This document shows, in pieces, positions 40,091 to 49,367 of a stretch of 58,534 bases of DNA. The notes below the pieces were generated by a model that was given only the letters and a program-made list of their open reading frames with translations, was not told the DNA's origin and ran no database searches. The DNA lies in NCBI GenBank assembly GCA_052386995.1, contig JBQTJP010000213.1, forward strand, positions 1 to 58,534. Reading direction: 5' to 3'. Position 1 is the first letter of the stretch; each line of letters starts with the position of its first letter. The position numbers and the translations under genes are program-made. The stretch comes from Armatimonadota bacterium. GTDB lineage: Bacteria > Sysuimicrobiota > Sysuimicrobiia > Sysuimicrobiales > Humicultoraceae.

Positions 40091-40904
40091 CCCGGCGCGC
40101 TTCGCCGCCGTGCTGACGGCGCTGCTCCTGATGGCGCCTGGCCGCCCCGCTGCCTTCGCCGGCCCGCCCCCCGCAAAGACGTCGGCGATTACCATTACCG
40201 CGGATGCGATGGATATTGACGCTCAGAAGAGCGTCGTCACGGCAACCGGCCGCGTGCGCCTCAGCGACGGCAGGATCACGGCCGCCGCAGGGCGGGGGAC
40301 ACTCTATCAGAACGAACAACGAGCCGTGCTGACTGACGGCCCCAGGATGACAGGTCCGCAAGGCACGCTGCAGGCCGCCGAGATTGTCATCACGTACACG
40401 GCGCGAAACATCACGCGGGTTACCGCCCGCGGCCAGGCCACGCTGGAGTCGCGCATCGGCCGTCTGTCGGCGCCGACCATCGCGATTGCCCTGGCGGATG
40501 AGACCGCTATCGCCGAAGGAGGGGTGAGTGTCACGGCCCCGCCCGACGCTCGAGCCACGGGCCGGCGGTTGACGTACGCGTGGAGGCGCGGCATCGCGGT
40601 CCTCGAAGGCGACGCACGCGTGCAGAACAGGGACGGATTCGTCAGCGGCGACCGTATTCACGCGGAGGACCGGAGCAGGCGTGCCACCGTCACCGGTGCT
40701 GTGCTGGCTCGCTTCCGCGATATCGAGGTCCGCAGCCTCGCCGCCGAGGTCTTCGGTGCTGAGAAGAAGGCCGTGTTCACCGGCGACGTCCAGGTGAACC
40801 AACCCGGCCGCCAGATGACCACCGAGAAGGCGACGGTCTGGTACGAGGCACGCCGCGTCGTGGCCGAAGGCCAGACCCGGGTGCGGCTGGAAGGGCAGCC
40901 GTAA
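40077..40904 (+). CDS. LptA/OstA-like beta-jellyroll periplasmic protein (repeated domains)
   Basis: Signal peptide after TTG 40077; ITITAD, ATGRV, FTGDVQV..PGR.M..EKA repeats; start uncertain. Confidence 0.7.
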   Translation: MIGISPARFAAVLTALLLMAPGRPAAFAGPPPAKTSAITITADAMDIDAQKSVVTATGRVRLSDGRITAAAGRGTLYQNEQRAVLTDGPRMTGPQGTLQAAEIVITYTARNITRVTARGQATLESRIGRLSAPTIAIALADETAIAEGGVSVTAPPDARATGRRLTYAWRRGIAVLEGDARVQNRDGFVSGDRIHAEDRSRRATVTGAVLARFRDIEVRSLAAEVFGAEKKAVFTGDVQVNQPGRQMTTEKATVWYEARRVVAEGQTRVRLEGQP

Positions 40905-40918
40905 GTCAGGAGGCAGGC

Positions 40919-41830
40919 ATGGTTGTCGAGCGAGTCCGGCGTCCCGCTCTCGAGACGGTTTCCCTTGCGCACGGCAAACGGGCACGGCTCTATCGGATGC
41001 TGCACGAACACGGCCCGGGTCACGGGACGATGCTCGCGCTCCCGGTCGATCAGGGCCTCGAGCACGGTCCCGTGGATTTTCTCTCCAACCCTCCCAGCGA
41101 AGACCCCGGGTTCCAGATCCGGCTGGCGATAGACGGCGGGTACTCGGCGGTCGCGTTCCATTACGGCGTCGCATCACGCTATCTGCCGCCGTTTGCCGGG
41201 AAGATCCCGCTGATCCTCAAGATCAACGGCAAGACCGACATCCCGGCTGCGGATCGTCCATTCTCAGGCCTGACGGCGCGGGTCGAGGACGCGGTGCGCC
41301 TGGGCGCCGACGCGGTCGGCTACACGCTCTACGTGGGCTCGCCTCGGCAGGATGAAGACTTCGCGCAGCTGACGGCGGTGCGGGCCGACTGCGACCGGTA
41401 CGGGATGCCGCTCGTCGTCTGGGCGTATCCGCGCGGCGAGGCGGTCGAGAAGAAGGGCGGCAGGGACAGCCTGTACGCCGTGGACTACGCGGCGCGCGTT
41501 GCGGTCGAGCTCGGCGCCGACGTGATCAAGGTGAACGTCCCAAAGTTCGATCAGAAAGCGAAGGAGACCTCACCGCCACCGTACAACGAGATGGTTCTCG
41601 AGTATCGGACGGGGCTGGAGAAGGTTGTGCGCACCGCCGGCCACGTGTTTGTGCTCTTCAGCGGCGGGAGCCGGACCTCCGACGCCGACCTCCTGGAGAA
41701 AGCCCGCCTGGTCATGGACGCCGGCGCGACCGGATTGATCTTCGGCCGCAACATGTGGCAGCGGCCGATGCCGGACGCCCTGCGCCTGACCGGGGAGATC
41801 AAACGCGTGATGGTCGCGGCCGCGACGTAG
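40919..41830 (+). CDS. Class I fructose-bisphosphate aldolase (archaeal/DhnA type)
   Basis: DQGLEHGP, ILKING, LGADAVG, WAYPRG, ELGADVIK Schiff-base Lys, GRNMWQ. Confidence 0.88.
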   Translation: MVVERVRRPALETVSLAHGKRARLYRMLHEHGPGHGTMLALPVDQGLEHGPVDFLSNPPSEDPGFQIRLAIDGGYSAVAFHYGVASRYLPPFAGKIPLILKINGKTDIPAADRPFSGLTARVEDAVRLGADAVGYTLYVGSPRQDEDFAQLTAVRADCDRYGMPLVVWAYPRGEAVEKKGGRDSLYAVDYAARVAVELGADVIKVNVPKFDQKAKETSPPPYNEMVLEYRTGLEKVVRTAGHVFVLFSGGSRTSDADLLEKARLVMDAGATGLIFGRNMWQRPMPDALRLTGEIKRVMVAAAT

Positions 41831-41852
41831 CGGCGGTCTGAGAGAACCCCCC

Positions 41853-42980
41853 GTGAGTGCGCAAACACAGGCGTCCGCGTGGATGCCGCCGCTGCAGGCG
41901 CTCGTCGAGAACTCCCTGCCGCCAACGTCCTGCGGCCGGGTCATCGGTCTGATCGGCGACCATCCGTCGACCTATGCACGCAGCCCGCACATGTGGCAGC
42001 CCGCGCTGGCGGCTCTGGGAATCGACGCCAGCTACCTACCGCTCGATGTCCGGGCAGAACGCCTCCCGAAGGTCGTGCGGTTCCTACGGCAGAGCGAGGC
42101 GTGCTTGGGCGCCAACGTCACGGTGCCGTACAAAGAGATGGTGGTGCCTTTGCTCGATGAGATCGACGGCACGGCGCGTGCCGTCGGAGCTGTCAATACC
42201 ATTGTCCGCTCACCCGATGGCCGGTTGATCGGCGCTAACACCGACGGCACTGGTTTGCGTGACGCGCTGCTGCGTCCAGTCGGCGGTGCTCCGGTGGTGA
42301 ATACGCTGGCGGGCGCAACCGTTCTTGTGATCGGTGCGGGCGGCGCCGGCCGGGCGGCAGCCATCGCCCTGGCGCCTCTGCTGTCGCCCGGAGACTTGCT
42401 GGTGACCAACCGGAGCGTCGAACGTGCACGCGCGGTGACTGCGATCGTGTCGAGTCAAGGCCATCGTGCGTCCGCGATCCCAGACGCTCTCCTCGACCGG
42501 CATCTTCCTGGCGTGACGCTGGTGATCAATGCCACGACCCGCGGCCAGGCCGGCATCTTCAAAGAGAGTACGGCAGGCGGTCGGGAGACGTGGACGTGCC
42601 TGGAGCCGTATTCCGCGCTGGCCCCGGCCTCCCCGGCCAGGCTACCCGCGATGGCCGAGGACGCCTTTCTCGCCCGCTGGTTGTCGAAATCGGCCGCGGA
42701 CATCGCCGCGAATCACGCGCGCTCGCGCGAGCGCATTCGGCTGCTTCCGCGAACCGCGGCGGTTTTCGACATGATTTACGCACCGTCGGAGACGGTCCTG
42801 CTGCGGCACGCGCGGGAAGAGGGTCTTGCGACCGCCAACGGACGCGGCATGAACATCGCTCAGGCCGTGGCGGCGTGCGTCGATCACATCTGCCGCCCGA
42901 TGCTCGTCCACCAGGGCATCGACCCGGACGCGGCCCGCGGCCTGGTGCTGCACGAGATGGCGCGGGCCTGGGACGGCTGA
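41853..42980 (+). CDS. aroE: Shikimate dehydrogenase family protein with internal insertion
   Basis: SP, NVTVPYK, GAVNT, NTDG, GAGGA, NRS, DMIY.P.ET. Confidence 0.8.
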   Translation: MSAQTQASAWMPPLQALVENSLPPTSCGRVIGLIGDHPSTYARSPHMWQPALAALGIDASYLPLDVRAERLPKVVRFLRQSEACLGANVTVPYKEMVVPLLDEIDGTARAVGAVNTIVRSPDGRLIGANTDGTGLRDALLRPVGGAPVVNTLAGATVLVIGAGGAGRAAAIALAPLLSPGDLLVTNRSVERARAVTAIVSSQGHRASAIPDALLDRHLPGVTLVINATTRGQAGIFKESTAGGRETWTCLEPYSALAPASPARLPAMAEDAFLARWLSKSAADIAANHARSRERIRLLPRTAAVFDMIYAPSETVLLRHAREEGLATANGRGMNIAQAVAACVDHICRPMLVHQGIDPDAARGLVLHEMARAWDG

Positions 42981-44014
42981 TGCGCGCCGTCCTGATGCAC
43001 CGGCACGGTGGGCCCGAGGTCCTGGGCTACGAAGACGCCCCGCAGCCCGTGCCAGGACCGACCGAAGTCCTGGTGCGTGTGCGCGCGGCCGCGGTCAACC
43101 ACATCGACCTCTGGGTGCGCGGCGGGTTGCCCCGCCTGCGCCTGACGTTCCCGCACATTCTCGGCGCCGATATCGCCGGGATTGTCGCGGCCGTCGGCGA
43201 GAAGGTTCCCGGCGTTGCGGTGGGTGACGAGGTGGTGCTCGCGCCGGGCGTGTCGTGCGGACAGTGTCGCGCGTGCGCCGAGGGGGACGACGTGCTCTGC
43301 CCGTCTTACAGCGTCCTGGGAGAGCACATTCCCGGCGGCTATGCCGATTACGTCGTCGCGCCGGGCGTCAACGTGGTGCGCAAGCCGGCCCACCTGAGTT
43401 TCGAGGAGGCGGCAGCGGTGCCGCTCGTGTTTCTCACTGCATGGAACATGCTGGTGACCCACGCCCGTATCAGGTACGGCGAGACGGTGCTGATCTGGGG
43501 CGCCGGGAGCGGCGTCGGGAGCGCCGGAATCCAGATTGCGCGTCTCTTCGCCCCGCGGATCATCGCGACGGCGGGAGCGGTCTGGAAGCTGGATCGGGCC
43601 AAAGCCTTAGGCGCCGACGAGGTGATCAACCACGCCGAGCAAAACGTCTATGAGGAAGTGCGCCGCCTCACCGGCCGCCGCGGGGTGGACGTCGTCTTCG
43701 ACCACGTCGGAGCGGCCACATGGGAGACGAGCCTGAAGGTGCTGGCGCGCGGCGGGCGGATGGTGACGTGTGGAGCGACAACCGGGCCCGAAGCGACAAC
43801 GGACATCCGCTACATCTTTGGCCGGCGGCTGAGCATTCACGGCACGTGGCTGGGGACCAAGCGCGAATTCTACGACGTCATGCGCCTGGTCGACGCGGAC
43901 CGGCTGCACCCGGTCGTGCACGCCGTGCTGCCACTAGCGCAGGCCGCCGACGCGCATCGCATGATGGAGCGACGCGAGCACTTTGGAAAGATCGTGCTCG
44001 TGCCCGGCGATTAG
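42980..44014 (+). CDS. Zn-binding MDR oxidoreductase (NADPH:quinone/enoyl reductase-like)
   Basis: GGPEVL, VNHIDLW, CGQCRAC...C, GAGSGVG, FGKIVL. Confidence 0.88.
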   Translation: MRAVLMHRHGGPEVLGYEDAPQPVPGPTEVLVRVRAAAVNHIDLWVRGGLPRLRLTFPHILGADIAGIVAAVGEKVPGVAVGDEVVLAPGVSCGQCRACAEGDDVLCPSYSVLGEHIPGGYADYVVAPGVNVVRKPAHLSFEEAAAVPLVFLTAWNMLVTHARIRYGETVLIWGAGSGVGSAGIQIARLFAPRIIATAGAVWKLDRAKALGADEVINHAEQNVYEEVRRLTGRRGVDVVFDHVGAATWETSLKVLARGGRMVTCGATTGPEATTDIRYIFGRRLSIHGTWLGTKREFYDVMRLVDADRLHPVVHAVLPLAQAADAHRMMERREHFGKIVLVPGD

Positions 44015-44706
44015 CGCGCGGGAGGGACTCGCTTGCGGGCCGGCGCCGGTCGGTCTTCCTCTTCGCCGATCCACTCGGCACCCTCGGCCCAGACCTCCTT
44101 CTTCCAGATCGGCACGGTCTGCTTGAGGGTGTCGATGGCGAACCGGCCGGCCTCAAACGCGTCCCGCCGGTGAGGCGCGGCAACGGCGATGGCCACGCTG
44201 ATCTCGCCGATCGCCAGAGTGCCCAACCGGTGGACGATCGCGATGCGTACGCCCCACTGTTCCGCGGCGCGTTCCGCGATGCGGGTCACTTCGGAGCGGG
44301 CGAGGGTGTCGTACGCTTCATACTCGAGGTGATGCACGTCGCGGCCGCGAGAGTGCTCCCGCACGGTGCCGAGAAACAGCACCACGGCGCCCGCCCAGGG
44401 ATCCCGGACGGCGTCGAGGAGGGCATCGACCCGAATCGGGTCGCGCACCAAGTCGAGCAGCACGCCCCCGCTGACCGGGGCCAGCAGGGCGACATGATCG
44501 CCTTCGGCGAGCGGATGTTCCGGGGGATGGACAGAGTCGTTTACCGCGACCGTCGTGGGCCGGGGCAGCCCGTTCAAGGATGGATGCCGGCGGGTAAGAA
44601 TATCCCAGACCTGGCCCGCGGAGGTGCCGTCTGGTACGGTGACGTCGACGGACGGCGCGCCGAGGGCCTCACGGTGGGCGGCAAAGAGACGGACGGTGAT
44701 CTTCAT
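44011..44706 (-). CDS. Fused molybdopterin synthase MoaD-MoaE (MoaX-like)
   Basis: MoaD VRLFA..RE, VAVN, PVSGG, then MoaE GAVVLFLGTVR, LEYEAY, HRLG, HR..AF, PIWKKE. Confidence 0.9.
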   Translation of the reverse strand: MKITVRLFAAHREALGAPSVDVTVPDGTSAGQVWDILTRRHPSLNGLPRPTTVAVNDSVHPPEHPLAEGDHVALLAPVSGGVLLDLVRDPIRVDALLDAVRDPWAGAVVLFLGTVREHSRGRDVHHLEYEAYDTLARSEVTRIAERAAEQWGVRIAIVHRLGTLAIGEISVAIAVAAPHRRDAFEAGRFAIDTLKQTVPIWKKEVWAEGAEWIGEEEDRPAPARKRVPPAR

Positions 44707-45487
44707 GGGATGGAGAATCGCGCACGCGCATCGTAGCACGGCGTGGGCGCTGGCTGCAATCATGCTGGTCGCCACGCTCGCGCTCCCGGAGCCCGCGACC
44801 GCGGCGCTCCTGGGCGAGGCCGATGAGATTCGCATTGGCCGGCAGGCGGCCGAAGAACTCGAGGCTGAGATCGGGGTCGCCACCGACCCCGCGATGACGG
44901 CCCGCCTGGCCGGGATTGGGCGGCGGGTCGCGGCGGTCTCCGAGCGCCCGGGACTACCCTGGACGTTCAGAGTCCTGCGCAGCCGGGAGGTCAACGCCAT
45001 CTCACTGCCTGGCGGGTTCATCTATGCGACCGAGGGCATGATGCGCTTCGTGCAGTCAGATCATGAGCTGGCGTTCGTCATGGCCCACGAGGTGGGTCAC
45101 GTCTCCGCGCGGCATCATGTGGCGATGATCGAGCGGCACTACTTCTATGTGATCGTCGCCCGGGTGCTCTTCGGCAGCGACCCCACGTCGTCGCAGATCG
45201 CGGACATCGTCCGCTTCTTCCTGTCGCGCGGCTTCTCGCGCGACAACGAATTCGAGGCCGACCGTCTCGCGGTGTCGTTCGCCCATCGGGCGCGGTTCGA
45301 TGCGGCCGCGGGCCTCTCATTCATGCAGCGGCTGCGCGCCGCGGAAGGACGTGACCCCAGCCAGTTCGAGACGCTCTTTCGGACGCACCCTGGGCTGAGC
45401 GACCGCATCGCGCGCGTGCGCGAGCATCTTCGGGGGTTGGGCTACCGGGTGTTGAGGGGGCTGCTGGCTCTGGTCTCGGGCCGGTAG
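44705..45487 (+). CDS. M48 family metallopeptidase (exported)
   Basis: VNAISLPGG, HEVGH, SRDNEFEAD, THP; signal-like N-terminus; start may be 44762. Confidence 0.85.
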   Translation: MGWRIAHAHRSTAWALAAIMLVATLALPEPATAALLGEADEIRIGRQAAEELEAEIGVATDPAMTARLAGIGRRVAAVSERPGLPWTFRVLRSREVNAISLPGGFIYATEGMMRFVQSDHELAFVMAHEVGHVSARHHVAMIERHYFYVIVARVLFGSDPTSSQIADIVRFFLSRGFSRDNEFEADRLAVSFAHRARFDAAAGLSFMQRLRAAEGRDPSQFETLFRTHPGLSDRIARVREHLRGLGYRVLRGLLALVSGR

Positions 45488-45493
45488 CCCGGC

Positions 45494-46381
45494 GTGCGCA
45501 TCCTCGATCCCTACGCCGTTCCGGGCGCATACCGGAAAGCCCAACTGCATTGCCACACGCGGCGCTCCGACGGCGCATTCGAGCCGGCCGACCTGGCGCG
45601 CCGTTATCGGGACGCCGGCTATTCGTTCGTCTGCTTCACCGATCACGATCGCATCACGCGCTGCGACGAAGTCTCGACCGAGACCTTCCTGGTGGTCCCC
45701 GGCATCGAGGAGACGATCGTCTGGTGGATCCCGCCGCTGGGGCCGCATCTGGGCCGCCTCGTCGTCGACGAGCCGCTTTTTCACGGCTCGGCTGAAGCCC
45801 GGATCGTCCGGACGCTGGCGGCCGGGGGCGTGCCCGTTCTGCATCATCCCTCATGGAACGGCAACCTGTGGACCGGTGCCTGGCCTGAGCGCGTCATGAC
45901 CGCGCTGCCCGGACCGTATCTGGTCGAGATCTGGAATCCGCACTCCAGATCAGAGGAAGACGTCCGGCGATGGGCGCAGGCCGTCCGTACCCACGGGCCG
46001 GGCACCCGGATCGGTGCAACCGCGAGCGACGATTTCCACGACGGCGCACAGTTCAACCGTGCGTGGGTGACGGTCAAGACAGAGGTGATTTCCGCCGGCG
46101 CGCTCCGGGACGCGCTGCTGGGCGGGGCATTCTACGCCAGCACCGGGGTGGACGCCGAGTTCGGCGCGGAGGGCGACATGCTCGTCGTGCGGACCACGGC
46201 GGATGAGGCGCTGATCATCGACGCCTCGGGACGTGTCCGGGCGACGATCAGCGGGGGAACCGGACGGTACACTCCGTCCGGGGATGAAGGCTTCGTGCGC
46301 GTCGAATGCCGCGCGGGCCCGCGGCGGGCCTGGAGTCAGGCTTTCTGGATCATCTCGACCAGCGCGTCGGCGATGCGCTGA
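45494..46381 (+). CDS. PHP-domain metallohydrolase
   Basis: LHCHT..SDG, TDHD, HHP, SDDFH. Confidence 0.8.
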   Translation: MRILDPYAVPGAYRKAQLHCHTRRSDGAFEPADLARRYRDAGYSFVCFTDHDRITRCDEVSTETFLVVPGIEETIVWWIPPLGPHLGRLVVDEPLFHGSAEARIVRTLAAGGVPVLHHPSWNGNLWTGAWPERVMTALPGPYLVEIWNPHSRSEEDVRRWAQAVRTHGPGTRIGATASDDFHDGAQFNRAWVTVKTEVISAGALRDALLGGAFYASTGVDAEFGAEGDMLVVRTTADEALIIDASGRVRATISGGTGRYTPSGDEGFVRVECRAGPRRAWSQAFWIISTSASAMR

Positions 46382-47466
46382 GCCCCACCCGGCGCGCCCA
46401 TGCGCGCGCGCCCGACGGCGCCTCGGCGCTCACGCTCTTCGGGGCTGCGCAGCAGCCGCACGACCGCCAGCGCCGCCTCCTGCCAGCTTGGGGTTGGAAC
46501 GAGGGCTTCGCCCAGCAGACGGTGCTGCGCGTGGAGGAACGCCGGTCCGAACTGCGGACCCGGAGCCGGGAAGGCCACGACCGGACGTCCGACTCCGACG
46601 GCCTGCTCGTTGGCCGTGCCCGCAAGCCCGATGACGACACTCGCCCGTTCGAGGGCATCGGCGAACGCCGAGGTGAGATGAATCCGCGCGGGGCCGATCG
46701 CGACCACGTCACCCGCGTGCGCGACGGCGCCGTCCGTCGCGCGCAGCGCATGCGCGATGGCGTCGCCGGAGACCGTGGGCGCGCGCGCGAGCAGGAACCG
46801 CACGTCGGGGTACTCCCCCGCGATCGCCCGAGCGGCCCTGGCGAGCAGCGAGGCGTTCACGGGCGCGTCGCCATGGCTTCCCGGCAGCAATGTGACGACC
46901 GGCGCACCGGGGGGCAGGGCGAAACGTTCGCCCGACGGGCGCATCAGATCCATCATGACGTTGCCGACCGCAACCGCGGGCAGCCCCTGCGCAACCAGCG
47001 CCCGGGCGGTCTCGGGATCGCGTGCGAAGATCCGGCGGGCATACCGCCGCAGTCCGACGCGGGCCAGGGCGCCAAACGGGGCGATCCGCACCGAATCGGC
47101 GGTGGACACGAACGCGACACGTGGTGAGGCCAAGCCGGCCATCCAGAGGCAGTAGGTATCGCCCACAGCCACCACAACATCGAATCGCCCGCGCTGGCCG
47201 AGTAACGTGCGGCGCTGCGCGATCCAGAGGCCCACCAGACCTCCGGCCAGATCGGCTCCCAGACCGCGCAGCCCGGCCCGCAGCGAAAAGCCGCCGCCCG
47301 GAAGCGCGCGCCTGGGATCCAGCAGGGGGATATGTGAGGGATACGCGCCCAGACCGACCAGCGGATACGCCGTGAGCGCGATCTCCTCGCGCGGCAACGA
47401 TTCGACGATGCGCGTGGCGATGAGATCCTCGCCGACACCGTTGCTGACTACGAGCATCCGGGGCAA
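46336..47466 (-). CDS. Lipid-A-disaccharide synthase-related GT-B protein
   Basis: SNGVGED, PLVG.G, AVGD, GNVMMD, LLPGS, AGTANEQ..G.G.PV, GPQF. Confidence 0.8.
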   Translation of the reverse strand: MPRMLVVSNGVGEDLIATRIVESLPREEIALTAYPLVGLGAYPSHIPLLDPRRALPGGGFSLRAGLRGLGADLAGGLVGLWIAQRRTLLGQRGRFDVVVAVGDTYCLWMAGLASPRVAFVSTADSVRIAPFGALARVGLRRYARRIFARDPETARALVAQGLPAVAVGNVMMDLMRPSGERFALPPGAPVVTLLPGSHGDAPVNASLLARAARAIAGEYPDVRFLLARAPTVSGDAIAHALRATDGAVAHAGDVVAIGPARIHLTSAFADALERASVVIGLAGTANEQAVGVGRPVVAFPAPGPQFGPAFLHAQHRLLGEALVPTPSWQEAALAVVRLLRSPEERERRGAVGRARMGAPGGAQRIADALVEMIQKA

Positions 47467-48417
47467 CTAGCGGCGGTCCTCCATGGCGGGGGCCTGACGC
47501 TGGCGGGCCGCGAAGACGCCCTCGTAGTACGAGCTCCACACCAGGAAATTGTCGATCTCGCGCAGGAGGAAGGTGACGCCGGAGCGCTCCGCCAGACGGC
47601 GCAGCGGCAGCAGCGCCGCGGTCACGACGCCGCTGCGGTAGACAAACCATTTGAGCGGGAGCAGCACGGGGAGGATTTCGAGAAACAGGCCCAGCGACCA
47701 GCTGCGGCCGTGCTTTTCCCAGAAGTACACGGCGCCTTCACCGGCCTGCCGCAGTTTCTCCCGGGCCTCGCTGAGCTCCTGGATGTGAAAGTGGAACGCC
47801 TCGGCCTTGGGCTCGTAGCGCAACGAGACGCCGTCGCGCTCCAGGCGCAATCCGAGCTCCATATCCTCCCACCCGTAGCCCGTAAACTTCTCGTCGAAAC
47901 CGCCCGCCCGCCAGAAGGCCGCGGTGTCGATGGAGAAGTTGCGTGTGATCACGTGGAAGGGCGACAGCCCTTTCCGGCGCCGGAGCAGGATGTCTGGAAT
48001 CATATGGCGCGCCCGCATGTACATGTTCACCAGGCTGTCTGGGTGCGGGAACCACGGTCCCTGCACGCCGATGTTGCGACCCTCGGCGTGGTGCGCCAGG
48101 TGCGCTGAAATCAACCCGGGCTTCGCCCAGATGTCGGCGTCGAGGAACAGGACGGATCGCCCGCGCGCTTCGCCCACCCCGCGGTTGCGTGCCGCCGCGC
48201 GCCCCTTGTTATCCTGCGTGATGAGGCGCATATCCACGGGACCGTTCCGCCGGTCGACGCCGTCGGTTGAGCCGTCGGTCGAGCCGTCGTCCACGACGAT
48301 GACCTCGAACCGATCCGGCGGCGCCTCCTGAGCCCGCAGGGCTTCCAGCGCGCGGTGCAGCACATCACCGCCGTTGTGGGTGGGGATGACGACGCTGAGT
48401 TCGGGAGAATGCTTCAT
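47467..48417 (-). CDS. GT2 glycosyltransferase
   Basis: SVVIPTHN, VVDDGSTD, ARNRG, FLDAD, YGWEDMELG. Confidence 0.9.
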   Translation of the reverse strand: MKHSPELSVVIPTHNGGDVLHRALEALRAQEAPPDRFEVIVVDDGSTDGSTDGVDRRNGPVDMRLITQDNKGRAAARNRGVGEARGRSVLFLDADIWAKPGLISAHLAHHAEGRNIGVQGPWFPHPDSLVNMYMRARHMIPDILLRRRKGLSPFHVITRNFSIDTAAFWRAGGFDEKFTGYGWEDMELGLRLERDGVSLRYEPKAEAFHFHIQELSEAREKLRQAGEGAVYFWEKHGRSWSLGLFLEILPVLLPLKWFVYRSGVVTAALLPLRRLAERSGVTFLLREIDNFLVWSSYYEGVFAARQRQAPAMEDRR

Positions 48418-48437
48418 GAGACGCCCACGGGCGGAGC

Positions 48438-49367
48438 TCAGCCGTTCCCTTTCTCCATGCGCAGCCGGTCGAGGGACTGGAGGTAGTGACGGTTCAAGAT
48501 CCCGCGCGTGATGAAGAACGCGAGCGAATGGAGGTTGCGCGCATGTAGCCACCGGGCGACGCTCAACGCGCGGCGGGGCGAGAGCAGCCCGGCGCCGCCC
48601 CAGACGAAATGCCCCGCCCGCTGCAGCACCGTGTCCTGAATGAGCATGCGGGCCTCGCGGCTGGGATGCTTGCGCACCAGATACAGGGCCGTGCGCGCCC
48701 GGTCTTCCTCCTTGGCCAGGAAGTGGCCGAACGAGTCTGTCGTCGGGTGAGGCTGCACATGGAAGGCGACGGCGGCCGAGGAGTAGGCCCGGGGAAGCCC
48801 GCGGGCCTTCAGCCGCAGACCCAACTCGAAATCCTCCCACCCGTAGGCCGGAAAGCCCTCGTCGAACAGCCCGGCGTCGATGAGAGCCTGCCGCATCACC
48901 GAGGCGTTTGCGGTGTCGATATAGGCCGGCGACATGCCGATGATCGGCGGCCGCGCGGGAATCTCGGGCTCGGTGATCAGCACCACCGGGCCACGGCCAA
49001 CGACCGGCCGGGCGGCGGATCGGTGGATCTCCATGTGCTGCTGCAGGAAGTCAGGTCGCACTAGAACATCGCTGTCGACAAAGACGATCAGCGGCGCCTC
49101 CGCGGCCCGAATGCCGGCGTTCCTGGCGGCGCTCCGCCCCCGGTTGCGGTCGAACCGGACGCTCCGGACGCGCGCCTGCCCCGCTCCGGCCGCCGCGACG
49201 ACCTGCGGCGTCTCGTCGGTCGAGCCATCGTCCACGACGATCACTTCGAACGCACTGGGTGGCAGGGCCTGGCGGGCGAGATGCGTGAGCGCGTGCCGCA
49301 AGATCGCCGCATCATTGTACGTCGGCAGCACGACGCTGACGTCCGGGCGAGGCGGAAGCGACATCAT
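48438..49367 (-). CDS. GT2 glycosyltransferase
   Basis: SVVLPTYN, VVDDGSTD, ARNAG, FVDSD, YGWEDFELG. Confidence 0.9.
   Translation of the reverse strand: MMSLPPRPDVSVVLPTYNDAAILRHALTHLARQALPPSAFEVIVVDDGSTDETPQVVAAAGAGQARVRSVRFDRNRGRSAARNAGIRAAEAPLIVFVDSDVLVRPDFLQQHMEIHRSAARPVVGRGPVVLITEPEIPARPPIIGMSPAYIDTANASVMRQALIDAGLFDEGFPAYGWEDFELGLRLKARGLPRAYSSAAVAFHVQPHPTTDSFGHFLAKEEDRARTALYLVRKHPSREARMLIQDTVLQRAGHFVWGGAGLLSPRRALSVARWLHARNLHSLAFFITRGILNRHYLQSLDRLRMEKGNG

Noticed and set aside
44705-45487. M48 peptidase as the MoaD-MoaE processing protease
   Set aside because: It has a signal-like N-terminus so is probably extracytoplasmic; known processors are JAMM proteases
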